Below are positions 48,485 to 60,572 of a DNA stretch of 64,000 bases, piece by piece. Under the pieces are notes generated by a model. That model ran no database searches. It was given only the letters and a program-made list of their open reading frames with translations, and was not told where the DNA came from. The position numbers and the translations under genes were made by a program. The stretch is from contig JAWLHR010000015.1 of assembly GCA_041690295.1 (NCBI GenBank), forward strand, positions 15,102-79,101. The letters are read 5' to 3'. Each line of letters starts with the position of its first letter. The stretch's first letter is position 1. The DNA is from Bdellovibrionales bacterium (GTDB lineage: Bacteria; Bdellovibrionota; Bdellovibrionia; Bdellovibrionales; UBA1609).

Positions 48485-49963
48485 ATGGCCACATCGTCCA
48501 TTCGTGTCCGCTTCGCTCCGTCGCCTACGGGATATCTGCACGTGGGTGGAGCGCGAACGGCGCTTTACAACTACTTATTCGCCAAACGCCATGGCGGTCA
48601 GTTCATTCTTCGTATCGAAGACACGGATGAAGAGCGAAGCTCCGAGGAATTCATCCGCATGCAAATGGAAGATTTGAAGTGGCTGGGTCTTGATTGGGAT
48701 GAAGGACCTGAGTTTCCCTCATTGGAGGACCGGGGCGACTATGGCCCTTACCGGCAGAGCCGGCGGCTGGATTTGTATAAGAAATACGCCGATCAACTGA
48801 TTGACGCCGGCCGCGCTTACTTTTGCTTTTTGACCGATGAGGAAATCGAAGTGCAACGGCAAGCGGCGCTGAAAGCCGGGCGCCCGCCGCAAGTGAATTC
48901 ACCTTATCGTGATTGGCCCAAAGAAAAAGCTCTCGAAAGAATCGCCAAGGGCGATAAGGCCGTCGTCCGGTTTAAAGTCAAAGATGAGGAAAAGCGCGAT
49001 TACGTTTTGAACGATCTCGTGCGTGGAGAAGTGCGGTTTCCTTCGGACATGGTGGGAGACTTTGTTCTTCTTCGCTCGGGCGGAATGCCGGTTTATAACT
49101 TCTGCTGCGTGGTCGATGACGCGCTTATGAAGATCTCTCACGTCTTTCGCGCCGAGGACCATCTGAGCAACACCTTACGGCAGATGATGCTTTATGATGA
49201 GTTGGGATTCAAACAGCCCCAGTTCGGGCACATCTCATTGATTCTCGGGGCCGACCGGCAAAAGCTTTCCAAGCGCCATGGGGCGAGCAGTTGCCATGAG
49301 TACAAAGTGAACGGCTACCTGCCTGAGGCTCTGAACAACTTCATCGCTTTGCTCGGTTGGAGTTCGCCGGAAGGGCAAGAGATCATGTCCATGGACGATA
49401 TGATCCGGTTGTTCAGTCCGGAAAGACTCCATTCGGCGCCGGCGGTTTTTGATCCGCAAAAACTCACTTGGGTGAATTCCATGCATTTAAGGGCGCTTGC
49501 GCCCAAAGAGCTGTGGGCGCGGGTCGAGCCGTTTTTAAAAGAGGCGGGATTGAAACTTCCCCAGGATGAAAGCTGGCGCATGCGCGCTTTGGAAGTTTTA
49601 AAAACCGGGATGAGCACGCTCAAAGATGCGGTGGACGCTTTTCGCCTGTTGAGTGACGAGCCCCTCGAAATCTCCGAGGAAGCCAACGAAACGTTAAGTT
49701 GGCCGAGCACGAAGGCCGTGATCCAAGCTTGGCGCGACGGAATTCAAAGTTTCGCCGGCGATTATTTAAGTGAAGAGGACTTTTTAAAGCTGCAAGACCG
49801 GATCAAGGATGAACAGAAAGTGAAGGGTAAACATCTCTTCATGCCCATTCGCGTGGCGGTGATCGGTAAACCGCACGGAACGGAATTGAAGATGTTGGTG
49901 CCGCTCCTCAATAAGAAAATTCTTATTGATCGGGCGGATGCCGTTTTGAAGAAATTGGGATAA
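48485..49963 (+). CDS. gltX: Glutamate-tRNA ligase
   Basis: RFAPSPTGYLHVGG, LRIEDTD, KLSKRHG. Confidence 0.97.
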   Translation: MATSSIRVRFAPSPTGYLHVGGARTALYNYLFAKRHGGQFILRIEDTDEERSSEEFIRMQMEDLKWLGLDWDEGPEFPSLEDRGDYGPYRQSRRLDLYKKYADQLIDAGRAYFCFLTDEEIEVQRQAALKAGRPPQVNSPYRDWPKEKALERIAKGDKAVVRFKVKDEEKRDYVLNDLVRGEVRFPSDMVGDFVLLRSGGMPVYNFCCVVDDALMKISHVFRAEDHLSNTLRQMMLYDELGFKQPQFGHISLILGADRQKLSKRHGASSCHEYKVNGYLPEALNNFIALLGWSSPEGQEIMSMDDMIRLFSPERLHSAPAVFDPQKLTWVNSMHLRALAPKELWARVEPFLKEAGLKLPQDESWRMRALEVLKTGMSTLKDAVDAFRLLSDEPLEISEEANETLSWPSTKAVIQAWRDGIQSFAGDYLSEEDFLKLQDRIKDEQKVKGKHLFMPIRVAVIGKPHGTELKMLVPLLNKKILIDRADAVLKKLG

Positions 49964-49974
49964 AGGGAAGATTC

Positions 49975-51429
49975 GTGGGGATCGTCGTCTATAATTCACA
50001 GTCGCAGAAAAAAGAAGAATTCAAGCCCCTTGAAGACAAGAAGGTCAAAATGTATGTGTGCGGGCCCACCGTTTATGACCTTTTACACGTGGGCAACTTC
50101 CGGGGCGCGATTTTCTTTAATCTCGTCCGTAACTGGCTCGAGTACCGCGGTTACGACGTGACCTTTGTTTATAACTACACCGACGTCGACGATAAGATCA
50201 TCAATCGGGCCAATGAGGAAGGTGTTCCCGCCGGAGAGATCTCCAAAAAATACATCGAGGAATTCGAAAAAGATTTCGCCGCCCTCAAGCTGCGCAAGCA
50301 CTCGCACAATCCCAAAGTCACCGAGTTCATGGGTCAGATCATCGATCTGATTCAGAAGTTGGTGGAAAACGGCAAAGCCTACGTGGTGGATGGCGATGTT
50401 TACTACGATGTGCACACCTTTCCCGAATACGGCAAGCTCTCACACAAAAAACTGGAAGATCTGGAAGCGGGATTTCGTATTGAAGTGGATTCGCGCAAGA
50501 AACATCCGGCGGATTTCGCATTGTGGAAAAAGTCAAAGCCCAACGAGCCGAGTTGGGAATCGCCTTGGGGACCTGGCCGTCCGGGATGGCATATCGAGTG
50601 TTCGGCCATGGCGCGAGCCCTTTTGGGTGAACAGATCGATATCCATGGCGGCGGGCTGGATTTGATTTTCCCGCACCATGAAAATGAAATCGCCCAAAGT
50701 GAAGGAGCGACCGGAAAGCCCTTCGCCAAGTACTGGATGCATAACAATATGCTGAACTTCGGTTCGCAGAAAATGTCCAAATCCCTGGGCAATGTGCGAT
50801 CCGCCCGCTCGTTCATGCAGGAATACCATCCGGAAATTCTTAAATACCTGATGCTCTCGGCCCATTACCGAAGCGTTTTGGATTTTTCTCCCGTGGCGAT
50901 AGAAAACGTCATCTCAGCTTTGGCGCGGATTTATTCCGCTTTGGCGCTGGCGGAAAAAACCGCCAAGGCCCACGAGGCGACCGAAGTTCCGGAAGATTTC
51001 CAAAAACTATTGGATATGGCCCGTAAGGGCGTTGAGGAAAGTCTCGACGACGATTTCAACACGCCCGAAATGTGGGCGCGGCTTTTTGACGTGATCCGCG
51101 CGTTCAATAATATCGTCCGCGCACCCGGGCCAGTTACGCCCAAGAAGGCCGCGGTGTCCAAAGCCTTCTTGTCTTTTGCCCATTGGTTGGGTGATCTAAC
51201 AGGATTGTTTAGTGAACCTCCGGGAGAATTCTTACGTTTTCTCGATGATATGTTGCTGAGGAAGAAGTCCTTGGATCGGAGCGAGATTGATCGCATTGTC
51301 GCTGAGCGGGCCCAGGCCCGGGCGGAAAAGAATTTCGCCAAGGCCGATGAGCTTCGCGCCCGTTTGCAGGAAATGGGCATTCTCGTCCAAGACAGCGCCC
51401 AAGGAAGTGAGTGGGAAGTCGCCAAATGA
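49975..51429 (+). CDS. cysS: Cysteine-tRNA ligase
   Basis: [37 protein letters not shown]. Confidence 0.98.
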   Translation: MGIVVYNSQSQKKEEFKPLEDKKVKMYVCGPTVYDLLHVGNFRGAIFFNLVRNWLEYRGYDVTFVYNYTDVDDKIINRANEEGVPAGEISKKYIEEFEKDFAALKLRKHSHNPKVTEFMGQIIDLIQKLVENGKAYVVDGDVYYDVHTFPEYGKLSHKKLEDLEAGFRIEVDSRKKHPADFALWKKSKPNEPSWESPWGPGRPGWHIECSAMARALLGEQIDIHGGGLDLIFPHHENEIAQSEGATGKPFAKYWMHNNMLNFGSQKMSKSLGNVRSARSFMQEYHPEILKYLMLSAHYRSVLDFSPVAIENVISALARIYSALALAEKTAKAHEATEVPEDFQKLLDMARKGVEESLDDDFNTPEMWARLFDVIRAFNNIVRAPGPVTPKKAAVSKAFLSFAHWLGDLTGLFSEPPGEFLRFLDDMLLRKKSLDRSEIDRIVAERAQARAEKNFAKADELRARLQEMGILVQDSAQGSEWEVAK

Positions 51430-53513
51430 ACGGCCCAAGACGGCCTCGTGGATTATTTCAATTAGTTACTGATTTCAAACCGGCGGGCGATCAACCCAAT
51501 GCCATTCGCGAGCTGGTGGACAATGTCCGGCGGGGCCTGCAACACCAAACTTTGCTGGGGGTGACAGGTTCGGGCAAGACCTTCACCATGGCCCACGCCA
51601 TTGCCGAGCTGAATCTTCCGACTTTGATTCTCGCGCCCAATAAAACTTTGGCGGCGCAGCTTTTCGCCGAGTTTAAATCGCTGTTTCCGCACAACGCGGT
51701 CGAGTACTTCGTGAGCTACTACGACTATTATCAACCCGAGGCCTACATTCCGGGATCGGACACGTACATCGAGAAAGATTCGGCGATTAATGAGCAAATC
51801 GATCGCATGCGCCACTCGGCCACACGCTCCCTCTTTGAGCGCCGGGACGTGATCATCGTCAGTAGCGTATCTTGTATTTATGGTTTGGGAAGTCCGGAAG
51901 CCTACGAAGGCATGATGATTCACCTGGTGTCGAACAAGGAAATCCGCCGGGATATTTTTCTGCGGGAGCTGGTGCGGATCATGTACCGGCGCAATGACAT
52001 TGATTTTCACCGGGGAACGTTCCGCGTGCGTGGCGACGTGGTGGAAATTTTCCCGTCTTATGAAGAAGAGCGGGCGATCCGCGTGGAGTTCTTCGGGGAT
52101 TTCGTGGACCGAATCTCGTGGATTGATCCGCTCCGCGGGCAGGTGATTGAGGAACTGGATCAAGTGCCGATTTATCCGGGAAGCCACTATGTCAGCTCCG
52201 ATGAGCGAAACCGGCTGGCGGTGGAGTCGATCCGCAATGAACTCCGGGAGAGGCTGAATTACCTGCAAAAGGAAATGAAGTTCATTGAAAAGGAGCGGCT
52301 TGAACAACGCACAAGTTACGATCTGGAGATGATCCAGGAGATGGGCACTTGCCCGGGGATTGAGAACTATTCCCGTCACTTCACGGGTCGGGCTCCCGGT
52401 GAGCCGCCGCCCACTTTGCTTGAATATTTCCCGGATGAATTTTTAACCTTCATTGATGAAAGCCACGTCACTGTTCCTCAGATCGGCGGAATGTATCGCG
52501 GCGACCGGGCCCGAAAGCTGACCCTGGTGGAGTATGGGTTCCGTCTCCCATCGGCCCTTGATAACCGCCCACTCAACTTTCAAGAGTTTGAAGCGCTGGT
52601 GGATAAGGTGGTCTTTGTGTCCGCCACGCCGGGCGAATATGAATTGAAGAAGAGCGAAGGTGTGGTGGTGGAGCAGATCATCCGGCCCACGGGACTGGTC
52701 GATCCGGAAGTGGTCGTTCGCCCGGTTCGCCATCAGGTGGACGATTTGCTCGGTGAAATCCGTGAGCGATCGGCGCGGGGTGAGCGAGTTTTGGTCACCA
52801 CTCTCACCAAACGTTCGGCCGAGGATCTTTGCTCCTATTATGAAAATCTCGGGATCAAGGTGCGCTATCTTCACAGTGATATCGCCACACTGGAGCGGAC
52901 GGATCTCATCCGCGATTTAAGGCTTGGGATATTTGATGTCTTGATCGGGATCAACCTTCTCAGAGAGGGACTCGATATTCCCGAGGTTTCACTGGTGGCG
53001 ATCACGGACGCGGATAAAGAAGGATTTTTGCGCTCGGAGCGCTCGCTCATCCAAACCATCGGGCGGGCCGCGCGGAACATCAACGGTCGCGTGATCCTTT
53101 ACGCGGACTCCATCACCGGCTCCATGAAAAAGGCCATCGACGAAACCAATCGTCGTCGGGAAAAGCAGCTGGCCTATAATAAGTCGCATGGCATTACCCC
53201 GCAGACCATCAAAAAGCGGGTGAGCGAAGGGCTGACCGATCTTTACGGCATGGAAGTGGTCACGAAGGATGCGAAAAAGAAAAATCAGGTGCTTCGTGAT
53301 AAACTTTCGGCCTATGAGGAGAACCCAAGCAAATTGGGTAAGGAGATCGCGAAGCTGCGCAAGCAGATGAAAAAGGCCTCGGACAAGTTGGAATTCGAAG
53401 AGGCGGCGCGGATCCGCAATGAAATCCGTCGCCTGGAAATGCTTGAGCTCTCCTTGAGGAGCGGATCGGTGGATCAGGAATTCGTCGAGACGCTCGAAGG
53501 GAAAAAAGCTTAA
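51426..53513 (+). CDS. uvrB: Excinuclease ABC subunit B
   Basis: [44 protein letters not shown]. Confidence 0.98.
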   Translation: MNGPRRPRGLFQLVTDFKPAGDQPNAIRELVDNVRRGLQHQTLLGVTGSGKTFTMAHAIAELNLPTLILAPNKTLAAQLFAEFKSLFPHNAVEYFVSYYDYYQPEAYIPGSDTYIEKDSAINEQIDRMRHSATRSLFERRDVIIVSSVSCIYGLGSPEAYEGMMIHLVSNKEIRRDIFLRELVRIMYRRNDIDFHRGTFRVRGDVVEIFPSYEEERAIRVEFFGDFVDRISWIDPLRGQVIEELDQVPIYPGSHYVSSDERNRLAVESIRNELRERLNYLQKEMKFIEKERLEQRTSYDLEMIQEMGTCPGIENYSRHFTGRAPGEPPPTLLEYFPDEFLTFIDESHVTVPQIGGMYRGDRARKLTLVEYGFRLPSALDNRPLNFQEFEALVDKVVFVSATPGEYELKKSEGVVVEQIIRPTGLVDPEVVVRPVRHQVDDLLGEIRERSARGERVLVTTLTKRSAEDLCSYYENLGIKVRYLHSDIATLERTDLIRDLRLGIFDVLIGINLLREGLDIPEVSLVAITDADKEGFLRSERSLIQTIGRAARNINGRVILYADSITGSMKKAIDETNRRREKQLAYNKSHGITPQTIKKRVSEGLTDLYGMEVVTKDAKKKNQVLRDKLSAYEENPSKLGKEIAKLRKQMKKASDKLEFEEAARIRNEIRRLEMLELSLRSGSVDQEFVETLEGKKA

Positions 53514-55367
53514 ATGGATTTGGAAAACCTGAAAACCCGGGTGGCCTCGTTTCCGACGAGTCCCGGTGTTTACTTAATGAAAAACGATAAGGGCAAGGTG
53601 GTTTACGTCGGCAAGGCGAAAAACCTCAGGGCCCGCGTACGCACTTACCTGGGTTCGCTCAACGACCAATCCATTAAGACAAAGTATTTAATGACCCATG
53701 TGGTGCTCATTGATTACATCATCACCAAAACCGAAGTAGAGGCCTTTTTGCTTGAGGCCTCGCTCATCAAGAAGCACCGGCCCCGCTACAATGTCCGGCT
53801 GAAAGATGACAAAGCGTATCCTTATATCCGGTGCGGCCTGGAACATGATTATCCCCGGTTTTATCTTGCGCGCCGGGTGCAGCACGACGGCGGCATTTAC
53901 TTCGGTCCGTTTTCATCGAGCTTGTCGGTTCGCGAAACCATTCGCTTTTTGAATCGCACGTTTAAAATTCGCGATTGCACGGACAGCTTTTTCAAAACGC
54001 GAACCCGGCCTTGCATCTCCTATCAGATCGGCGCTTGCTCCGCGCCCTGTGTGAAATTGATCGATAAGGCGGAATACCGGCGGGATGTGGACTCGGCCCT
54101 GGAGTTTTTGCGCGGGCGAAGCACGAAAGTTTTAAAAACGCTCACCGACAAAATGAAAAAAGCCGCGGAAGAGGAATTGTTCGAACAGGCCGCGAAACTT
54201 CGCGATTCCATCCAAGCCATCGAGCGCATTTGGGAGCGCCAGACCGTGGTGAGCGCGAACAAAGATCACGATCTTGACGTGGTGGCGTTTCATGGCAATG
54301 AAAAGGGCACTTTGATCGAAACCCTTCACGTGCGCGGTGGCCGGGTGATCGGTTCCCGTCCTCATTTCATGAACCGCTTCGATTGTACCAGTGACGGTGA
54401 GGAAGTGAAGGATTGGCTCACTTCCTTTTTGAACCAGTACTACTCGGACAATATGGTGCCCGACGAGATCATTCTTCCCGTGGACCTCGGGCTCGATATG
54501 ATCAAGCTTTTGCAAGCGGTGTTTGAAGAGCGGCAGAACAAAAAGCCCAAGATCACGGTGGGGACGGGTCGCGAGGGTAAAAAATTATTGGATCTCGCCC
54601 ATGCCAACGCCGAAAGCCATTTCAAGGACGCGATCACCAAAGCCAATCGCCAGGCCCAGGGCTTGGAGCAGATTCAACAGAAATTCGGACTTAAAAACCT
54701 GCCTCGCCGGATTGAATGCTATGACATCTCCAACTTTCAAGGATCGGAGTCGGTGGCGTCGCAGGTGGTGTTCGAGGACGGCGCGCCGGCGAGCGATCAT
54801 TACCGCCGGTACAAAATCAAAACCGTGGTGGGGGCCAATGACTTCGCGTCCATGAAAGAAGTTTTGTCCCGCCGGTTTAAACATGAAGAATATGAAGACC
54901 CCGATCTGCTGGTGGTGGACGGCGGTAAAGGCCAGTTGAACATGGCGGTTGAGGTTTTAAAGGAAATCGGTCGCACGGACATTCCGGTGGTGGGGATCGC
55001 CAAAGCGCGCACCACCGGCGATTTCACCGATGTCGAGGTGACCAGTTCCGCCGAGCGCTTCTTTCTCCCCGGACGGCAAAATCCCGTGGTGTTTCCCGAG
55101 GGCTCGGAAGCTTTGCAAATTCTGACGGGGATTCGCGATGAAGCCCATCGCTTCGCCATCACTTACCATCGCAAACTTCGCGAAGAAACCTCGCTCGAAA
55201 GTGAATTGGATGCGATCGTGGGACTTGGCGAAAAAAGAAAGAAGGCTTTGCTCAAAGCCTTCACCAGTATCGAGGAACTGAGATCGGCGCCGCTTGAGCG
55301 CTTGGTGGAAATCCCCGGCATGAACCGGGTGGTCGCCGAACGCGTCCTTCTCCATCTGAAAAAGTAG
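53514..55367 (+). CDS. uvrC: Excinuclease ABC subunit C
   Basis: PGVY...YVGKAKNLR (GIY-YIG), IECYDIS, DGGKGQ, RDEAHRFA, HhH. Confidence 0.98.
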   Translation: MDLENLKTRVASFPTSPGVYLMKNDKGKVVYVGKAKNLRARVRTYLGSLNDQSIKTKYLMTHVVLIDYIITKTEVEAFLLEASLIKKHRPRYNVRLKDDKAYPYIRCGLEHDYPRFYLARRVQHDGGIYFGPFSSSLSVRETIRFLNRTFKIRDCTDSFFKTRTRPCISYQIGACSAPCVKLIDKAEYRRDVDSALEFLRGRSTKVLKTLTDKMKKAAEEELFEQAAKLRDSIQAIERIWERQTVVSANKDHDLDVVAFHGNEKGTLIETLHVRGGRVIGSRPHFMNRFDCTSDGEEVKDWLTSFLNQYYSDNMVPDEIILPVDLGLDMIKLLQAVFEERQNKKPKITVGTGREGKKLLDLAHANAESHFKDAITKANRQAQGLEQIQQKFGLKNLPRRIECYDISNFQGSESVASQVVFEDGAPASDHYRRYKIKTVVGANDFASMKEVLSRRFKHEEYEDPDLLVVDGGKGQLNMAVEVLKEIGRTDIPVVGIAKARTTGDFTDVEVTSSAERFFLPGRQNPVVFPEGSEALQILTGIRDEAHRFAITYHRKLREETSLESELDAIVGLGEKRKKALLKAFTSIEELRSAPLERLVEIPGMNRVVAERVLLHLKK

Positions 55368-55414
55368 GCCGTTCCTTTTCAGGATGCCACGCATCCTGAA
55401 AAGGAACGGCCTAC
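55364..55414. repeat. Perfect 24-bp inverted repeat (REPIN-like GTAG...CTAC) between convergent genes; could also act as a terminator
   Basis: GTAGGCCGTTCCTTTTCAGGATGC-CAC-GCATCCTGAAAAGGAACGGCCTAC. Confidence 0.85.
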
Positions 55415-55654
55415 CGTGTACTGCAGTTTGTATTTGGCTTGGCGGGTGCGAACGCCGCAGCTCGGACAATGGGCGTTTTCAATCACCTGCTGTTCAATAA
55501 AATTGGTTTTAAAGCGGAAGAGCAAGCGATCGCCACAAAGAACGCAATTCAGATGATCTTCGATCATTTCCGAAATCCATTCACTCTGGCTGATTTTCGG
55601 TATGTGAACGTTGACATCGATTGAAGCGACGACTTTGGATTTGCGGGTATCCAT
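55379..55654 (-). CDS. Small zinc-ribbon protein
   Basis: CVLC...CPSC; AGGAG RBS; the 3' end runs into the inverted repeat. Confidence 0.75.
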   Translation of the reverse strand: MDTRKSKVVASIDVNVHIPKISQSEWISEMIEDHLNCVLCGDRLLFRFKTNFIEQQVIENAHCPSCGVRTRQAKYKLQYTVGRSFSGCVAS

Positions 55655-55779
55655 CCTGGACTCCTTTTTTACCTGACAGGGAACTCATCGATGGAAATTC
55701 GTTTCAACTTGAGATCCCGAATCTGAAATTCATACCAAGGTCGCTGTATTACGCGCCGCAAGACGCGAAAGAGGATGAC

Positions 55780-56172
55780 GTGACGCGGCCCATGCCCCTA
55801 CATTGGTCCCGCATGTTCACCGAAGTGCAGCGCCAATATATGGAGGAGGTTCTCGGTGTCGCGCCGCCACCGTACGTGGAGGCCGAGCCACCCAATCAGG
55901 ACCAATCGATAGTGGTCTTGCGTGATTGGACGGAACCCGAACTTCAATTACTTAAGAAAATCTTGGCCAGCGTGCAGCTGACCCTTGAAACCCAAAGTGA
56001 TCGTCATCGCCTTGATTTCTGTGGTGGTGTTTCGGGTCGCTTCGAAGTGGATGGTTACATTCATTGGCGTTTGCCGACCCTTGAGGAAATGCTCGGCCCG
56101 CAAGCACAAGAGAAAAAGAAAGAAGCTTGGCAGCTGCTTCAGGAGTTCACCCGGGAGTATCGCGCTTCATGA
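55780..56172 (+). CDS. Hypothetical protein (weak resemblance to DNA Pol III psi / degenerate UDG-like proteins)
   Basis: QYMEEVLG, QLLKKILASV, KKKEAWQLLQ; stop overlaps the nfeD ATG; start 55780 or 55813. Confidence 0.55.
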   Translation: MTRPMPLHWSRMFTEVQRQYMEEVLGVAPPPYVEAEPPNQDQSIVVLRDWTEPELQLLKKILASVQLTLETQSDRHRLDFCGGVSGRFEVDGYIHWRLPTLEEMLGPQAQEKKKEAWQLLQEFTREYRAS

Positions 56173-57458
56173 TCAGAATTATCCTGGTGCTTCTGACCAT
56201 GATCTCCATCACAGCCGTGGGCCAAAGCGAAGAAAAGCCCGACTGCACGGTGGAAGTGCCCATCACGGATGTGATCGGGCCCGCGACCCATGATCTGCTT
56301 CATCGGGTTGAAGCGTTCGCCGCTGAACGTAAGTGTTCTTCGATTCTACTATTGATCAATACGCCCGGCGGAAGTTTGGACAGTACGAGACGAATTGTTG
56401 AGACCATTCTCAATTCGGAGTTTCCCTATTTATGCCTGATTTCTCCCGGTGGCGGCCATGCGGGAAGTGCCGGCGCGATTATCCTCCAGGCCTGTCACGT
56501 GAACGGCGCCATTAACGGCACGCGCTTGGGAGCCGCCACACCGGTGATGATCGGCGGCGAAATTCCCGAGGACCTTCGCAAGAAAATCATGAACGACACC
56601 CGCAGTTGGCTGGAGAGCCTCACGCGACTGCGTGGGCGCAATGAGAAATTCGGTCAGGACATCATTCTCAAAGCCACGGCTGTCACGTCCGAGGAAGCTT
56701 ATAAATTAAAAGCCATTGATTTCGTGGGTGGCACCAAGAATGAATTTTTGGAATTCGCCAAAAACCGTACGGTCAAAATGCCGGGCAATAAAACCACCGA
56801 CGTGGTGGTCGGCGAGACGATCCCGTTTGACCTTGATCTGCGATACAAAGTGGTTTCTCTCCTGACCGATCCGGAGCTGGCTTACGTTCTTCTTTTGGGA
56901 AGTCTCGGTCTTCTTTATTTCGAGATCACCCATCCCGGAATGATTTTACCCGGCGTGATCGGCGCGATCGGATTCGTGATCTCCATGGTGGCCATGCACA
57001 AGCTGGAAGTGGAGTGGGGCGGGTTGGCCTTGATTTTTCTCGGCATTGCCATGCTCATCGCGGAAATGTTCGTGCCGTCCTTTGGCGCGCTCGGCATCGG
57101 CGGGATTGTGGCTTTCATTTTCGGCAGCATATTCCTGTTTGATCCCGCGAAAACGGGAGGCTTCCAGTTGCCACTCAGCTTGATTCTGTCGGTGGCCTTC
57201 GCGCTTGGTGTGATTTTTCTTGGCATCGGCTACATGCTGCTCTCCACGCGAAAATTAAAAAAAGCCGGCGGCTTTGATGATCTGATGGGACAGAAAGCGC
57301 GGGTCGTGACGGTTGAAGAGTCCTCAGGACAGCGCGGAACCATTGAGGTGCGCGGTGAAATTTGGAAGTTTGAATCGCCGGTGGCCGTGTCCGTCGGCGA
57401 TCAAGTCAGGATCCGGGGCCACGAAGGTCTGGTTTTAAAAGTCGAAAAGGAGACGTAA
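56169..57458 (+). CDS. nfeD: NfeD membrane-bound serine protease (long form)
   Basis: [22 protein letters not shown] bundle, C-terminal OB fold (VRGEIW). Confidence 0.92.
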   Translation: MIRIILVLLTMISITAVGQSEEKPDCTVEVPITDVIGPATHDLLHRVEAFAAERKCSSILLLINTPGGSLDSTRRIVETILNSEFPYLCLISPGGGHAGSAGAIILQACHVNGAINGTRLGAATPVMIGGEIPEDLRKKIMNDTRSWLESLTRLRGRNEKFGQDIILKATAVTSEEAYKLKAIDFVGGTKNEFLEFAKNRTVKMPGNKTTDVVVGETIPFDLDLRYKVVSLLTDPELAYVLLLGSLGLLYFEITHPGMILPGVIGAIGFVISMVAMHKLEVEWGGLALIFLGIAMLIAEMFVPSFGALGIGGIVAFIFGSIFLFDPAKTGGFQLPLSLILSVAFALGVIFLGIGYMLLSTRKLKKAGGFDDLMGQKARVVTVEESSGQRGTIEVRGEIWKFESPVAVSVGDQVRIRGHEGLVLKVEKET

Positions 57459-57459
57459 A

Positions 57460-58230
57460 ATGTTTGAACTCATCGGTCCAAGTTTGATTTGGATATTTAT
57501 CATTCTCGCCTTCCTAGGTTCGGCGATCAAAATTCTGCCCGAATGGGAACGGGGCGTGGTGCTTCGTCTCGGCCGCTCGAAAGGGATTCGCGGACCCGGT
57601 GTGATCATTCTCATCCCGGGGATCGAGCGTTTGGTTCGAGTCGACACCCGAACCGTCACCATGGACATCCCGCCGCAGGATGTGATCACCCAGGATAATA
57701 TTAGTCTTAAAGTGAACGCGGTTCTTTACTTTCGCGTGGTGGATCCGGAAGGTGCCGTCACCCGGGTGATGGATTATCTCTTCGCCACCTCACAATTGGC
57801 GCAAACCACTTTGCGTTCCGTGCTCGGTCAATATCAAATGGACGAGGTTCTCGCGCAACGGGATAAGATCAATCATTCCTTGCAGGCGATTTTGGATAAA
57901 GCCACCGAGGCTTGGGGAATCAAAGTTTCCAACGTGGAAATCAAAAACGTCGATTTGCCCAAGGAAATGCAACTGGCGATGGCCCGCCAAGCCGAGGCCG
58001 AACGGGAACGTCGGGCGAAAGTCATCAGCGCCGATGGTGAATATCAGCGGGCGGAAAAACTTCGGGACGCGTCCAACATTTTGGCATCGTCTCCGACCGC
58101 TCTGCAGTTGGCTTATTTGCAAACCATGTCCGAACTTGGCGGCGAGGGAACACGAACGATTATTCTGCCCCTGCCGATGGAACTGGTTCGTCCTTTAATG
58201 GATTTGGGTCAGAGTAAAAAAGAAGAATGA
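57460..58230 (+). CDS. Slipin/stomatin (SPFH) protein
   Basis: [39 protein letters not shown]; nfeD partner. Confidence 0.95.
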   Translation: MFELIGPSLIWIFIILAFLGSAIKILPEWERGVVLRLGRSKGIRGPGVIILIPGIERLVRVDTRTVTMDIPPQDVITQDNISLKVNAVLYFRVVDPEGAVTRVMDYLFATSQLAQTTLRSVLGQYQMDEVLAQRDKINHSLQAILDKATEAWGIKVSNVEIKNVDLPKEMQLAMARQAEAERERRAKVISADGEYQRAEKLRDASNILASSPTALQLAYLQTMSELGGEGTRTIILPLPMELVRPLMDLGQSKKEE

Positions 58231-59381
58231 TGTTCCGCCTTTTTATTCTAGCCGCCGTTTTTTCGGCTTCAGTTTCGGCTGCAGCTGACGGTCCGATCAT
58301 TCGGGTGCGTACGCTGAAATCCGTGAAGGAGTTCGAACTCCGCGGCGTTTCGCTCCATTTGAAAGCCGGTGAGGCCCAGTGGTCCACCGCGGGTCTCACC
58401 CGCTTGAAGATCGCCTGGAAAAACGATCTTTGGCGTTTGCAGGGCGGAGAGGTGCCGTTAACGGCGAAACTGAAAGGCCGCTCACTCGTGGTGCGTGGAG
58501 CCTTTTTGCAACTTGGTGGAAAACGCATCGCCGATGAGCTTCAGGTGCACGCGCGCGACAACGGGCGTTTGGATGTGGTGGTTTCCTGGCCGCTCGAAAG
58601 GTATTTGGCAGGTGTGATTCCCAGTGAAATGCCCCTTTATTGGCCGGATGAAGCGCTCAAAGCGCAAGCGGTCGCGGCGCGCTCCTATGCGATTCGCATG
58701 GCTTCGATCCGAAAACATCTTCATTTCGATGTGGACGGCTCCGTGTACGATCAGGTTCACCGCACTCTCGATGAAATGGGTTTACAGCCGCGAATTGAAT
58801 CCAAACTGCACGAGGTGATCAGGGAAACCCGCGGCCAAATCTTACGCGATCCTTCCGACCGCGTCCTCATGGCCTTTTATTCCGCCGATTGTGGTTGCCG
58901 GTCCGAAGATCCCAAATACGTTTGGGGTGAAAGCGGAAGCTTCCGATCCGTTAAAGATCCCACCTGCGGAAAACGCCGGCCGAAAGAGTGGAAGCTTGAA
59001 ATTCAGCGGGCGGCATTAAAACCCAAATTGCTTCGCGACTTGAAACTTTCGGATTCAGCGGTCATTAAAACCATCCAGATCGCCGCGCGCTCTCCGTCGG
59101 GACGGGTCAGCCAAGTCGCCATTCTCGTGGAGGACGGCGGCGAGAGTCGGATCCATAAGATCAGTTCGCAACGGTTTCGCCGTTTGATCGGTTTCAACAA
59201 AGTGCGGAGCACGGATTTTTCCTTACAATGGATTGGTGATGATCTCGTGATCCGTGGGCAGGGCTTCGGGCATGGTGTGGGCTTATGCCAGACTGGCGCC
59301 CGTCACTTGGCCCAATCCGGATCCAGTTACGAGGAAATTCTTAAAGTTTATTACCCGCAGGCCAAAGTCAGCAGTCTTTAA
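58227..59381 (+). CDS. SpoIID/LytB-domain lytic transglycosylase
   Basis: [47 protein letters not shown]. Confidence 0.93.
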   Translation: MMFRLFILAAVFSASVSAAADGPIIRVRTLKSVKEFELRGVSLHLKAGEAQWSTAGLTRLKIAWKNDLWRLQGGEVPLTAKLKGRSLVVRGAFLQLGGKRIADELQVHARDNGRLDVVVSWPLERYLAGVIPSEMPLYWPDEALKAQAVAARSYAIRMASIRKHLHFDVDGSVYDQVHRTLDEMGLQPRIESKLHEVIRETRGQILRDPSDRVLMAFYSADCGCRSEDPKYVWGESGSFRSVKDPTCGKRRPKEWKLEIQRAALKPKLLRDLKLSDSAVIKTIQIAARSPSGRVSQVAILVEDGGESRIHKISSQRFRRLIGFNKVRSTDFSLQWIGDDLVIRGQGFGHGVGLCQTGARHLAQSGSSYEEILKVYYPQAKVSSL

Positions 59382-60448
59382 GCGCGACCGTGATAAGCTT
59401 TATATTCCCGCCACTTGTCTTCGCCGAAATAGCGGATGCCGATGTTTTCCGGAACTTCGGGAATGTTCAGCCAAATCAATCCGTCGATGGAGTTGAAATC
59501 ATCGTCGCGGTTGAAGGCGAGGAAGCGCACACCCAACTCCAAATAGAGTTTAATCAGTTGCGGAATCTGCGCTTTCGGGTTGCCTTCAGCCATGCGGACG
59601 AACTCCTGAAGGCTGGCGAGATCCATGCTGGAGTCCACGATGGACATCAGCTCTTCGGGCGTCAGCTCGGACTCGAACGTCGGCGGATTTTTTGATGTCA
59701 CCAACGACGATTTCTCATGGGTGTAATGCTTCATGAGATAGTTGATCATCAAATGTTTGGAATTGTCCTGGAACTCGTTGGAAATACTGACCGGCCCCAT
59801 CAGGTATTTGTATTCGGGATGGGCCGAAAGAAAACGCGCAAGCCCCGTCCAGATATAAAGGAGCGAAAGGCCCCGTTGAAATTCCGGGCGCACGAAGCTG
59901 CGGCCGGCCTCAAGGGTTCCCTCTTTAAAATCCGAATTGAGGATCGGCTCCATGTTAAAGAGCGTATTGGAATAAACGCCACTGGTTCCGTATTTCTTTA
60001 AAATTTCATCCACGCGGCCGATGCGGTAGGCGCCGGTGATTTCGTTGCGTGATTTATCCCAGGCCCAAAAATGATCGTAATATTCATCAAAGGGATCATT
60101 GTCGCGACTGTTACCCGTTCCTTCACCAACGGTGCGGAAGGTTTCCTCACGCAGGCGCCCGAGCTCCCGCACGATATTGGGAATTTCACTTCCAAGGGCG
60201 CGGTAGATGGCGAACCCCTTTTCCGGTTTGTCGGGATGTGTGTCCAACAGCAGCTCGGCCGCTTCCAAATCCCGTTTAATCAGGATCATTTCCACTGGCG
60301 GCGCCAAAGGTTCGAGTTGGCGATAACTCGGCGGGCGCCGGTTAACCGTTTGCAATTTTTGAAGAATATCGGCGAGGTTGGTTTCTTTTTCTGGCATATA
60401 AGCATCTAGTAACACAGAGACGGGTAGGGAGCCAATTTCCGGCTTCAT
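59378..60448 (-). CDS. GNAT-family lipid N-acyltransferase (OlsB/hemolysin-like)
   Basis: ELGRLREETFR.VGEG, D.D.FD.YY.H, GAYRIG, LEAGRSFV.PEFQR, GPVSIS, IP.LIK.Y, F.SIDGL; start uncertain (60448 or 60397). Confidence 0.85.
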   Translation of the reverse strand: MKPEIGSLPVSVLLDAYMPEKETNLADILQKLQTVNRRPPSYRQLEPLAPPVEMILIKRDLEAAELLLDTHPDKPEKGFAIYRALGSEIPNIVRELGRLREETFRTVGEGTGNSRDNDPFDEYYDHFWAWDKSRNEITGAYRIGRVDEILKKYGTSGVYSNTLFNMEPILNSDFKEGTLEAGRSFVRPEFQRGLSLLYIWTGLARFLSAHPEYKYLMGPVSISNEFQDNSKHLMINYLMKHYTHEKSSLVTSKNPPTFESELTPEELMSIVDSSMDLASLQEFVRMAEGNPKAQIPQLIKLYLELGVRFLAFNRDDDFNSIDGLIWLNIPEVPENIGIRYFGEDKWREYKAYHGRA

Positions 60449-60512
60449 ACGGGCGGTTTGACAGCCCGCTAATTCATCAAATCGATTCGCTATATCAAGA
60501 AAAACCAAGTCA

Positions 60513-60558
60513 TAACAATATGTTAGCTGATGCTCTTTGGCTCGGCATGCCGGTGGCA
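60513..60558 (+). promoter_or_regulatory. Candidate IHF site plus sigma54 promoter
   Basis: TAACAATATGTTA (one mismatch to the IHF consensus) at 60513-60525; CGGCATGCCGGTGGCA with GG-N10-GC at 60543-60558. Confidence 0.4.
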
Positions 60559-60572
60559 ATACTGAATACCAT

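Noticed and set aside
51462..52379. 305-aa antisense ORF inside uvrB (also 36969-37856, 35454-36191, 29222-29977, 19546-20346)
   Set aside because: Shadow ORFs antisense to long genes with biased codon use; no motifs or RBS.
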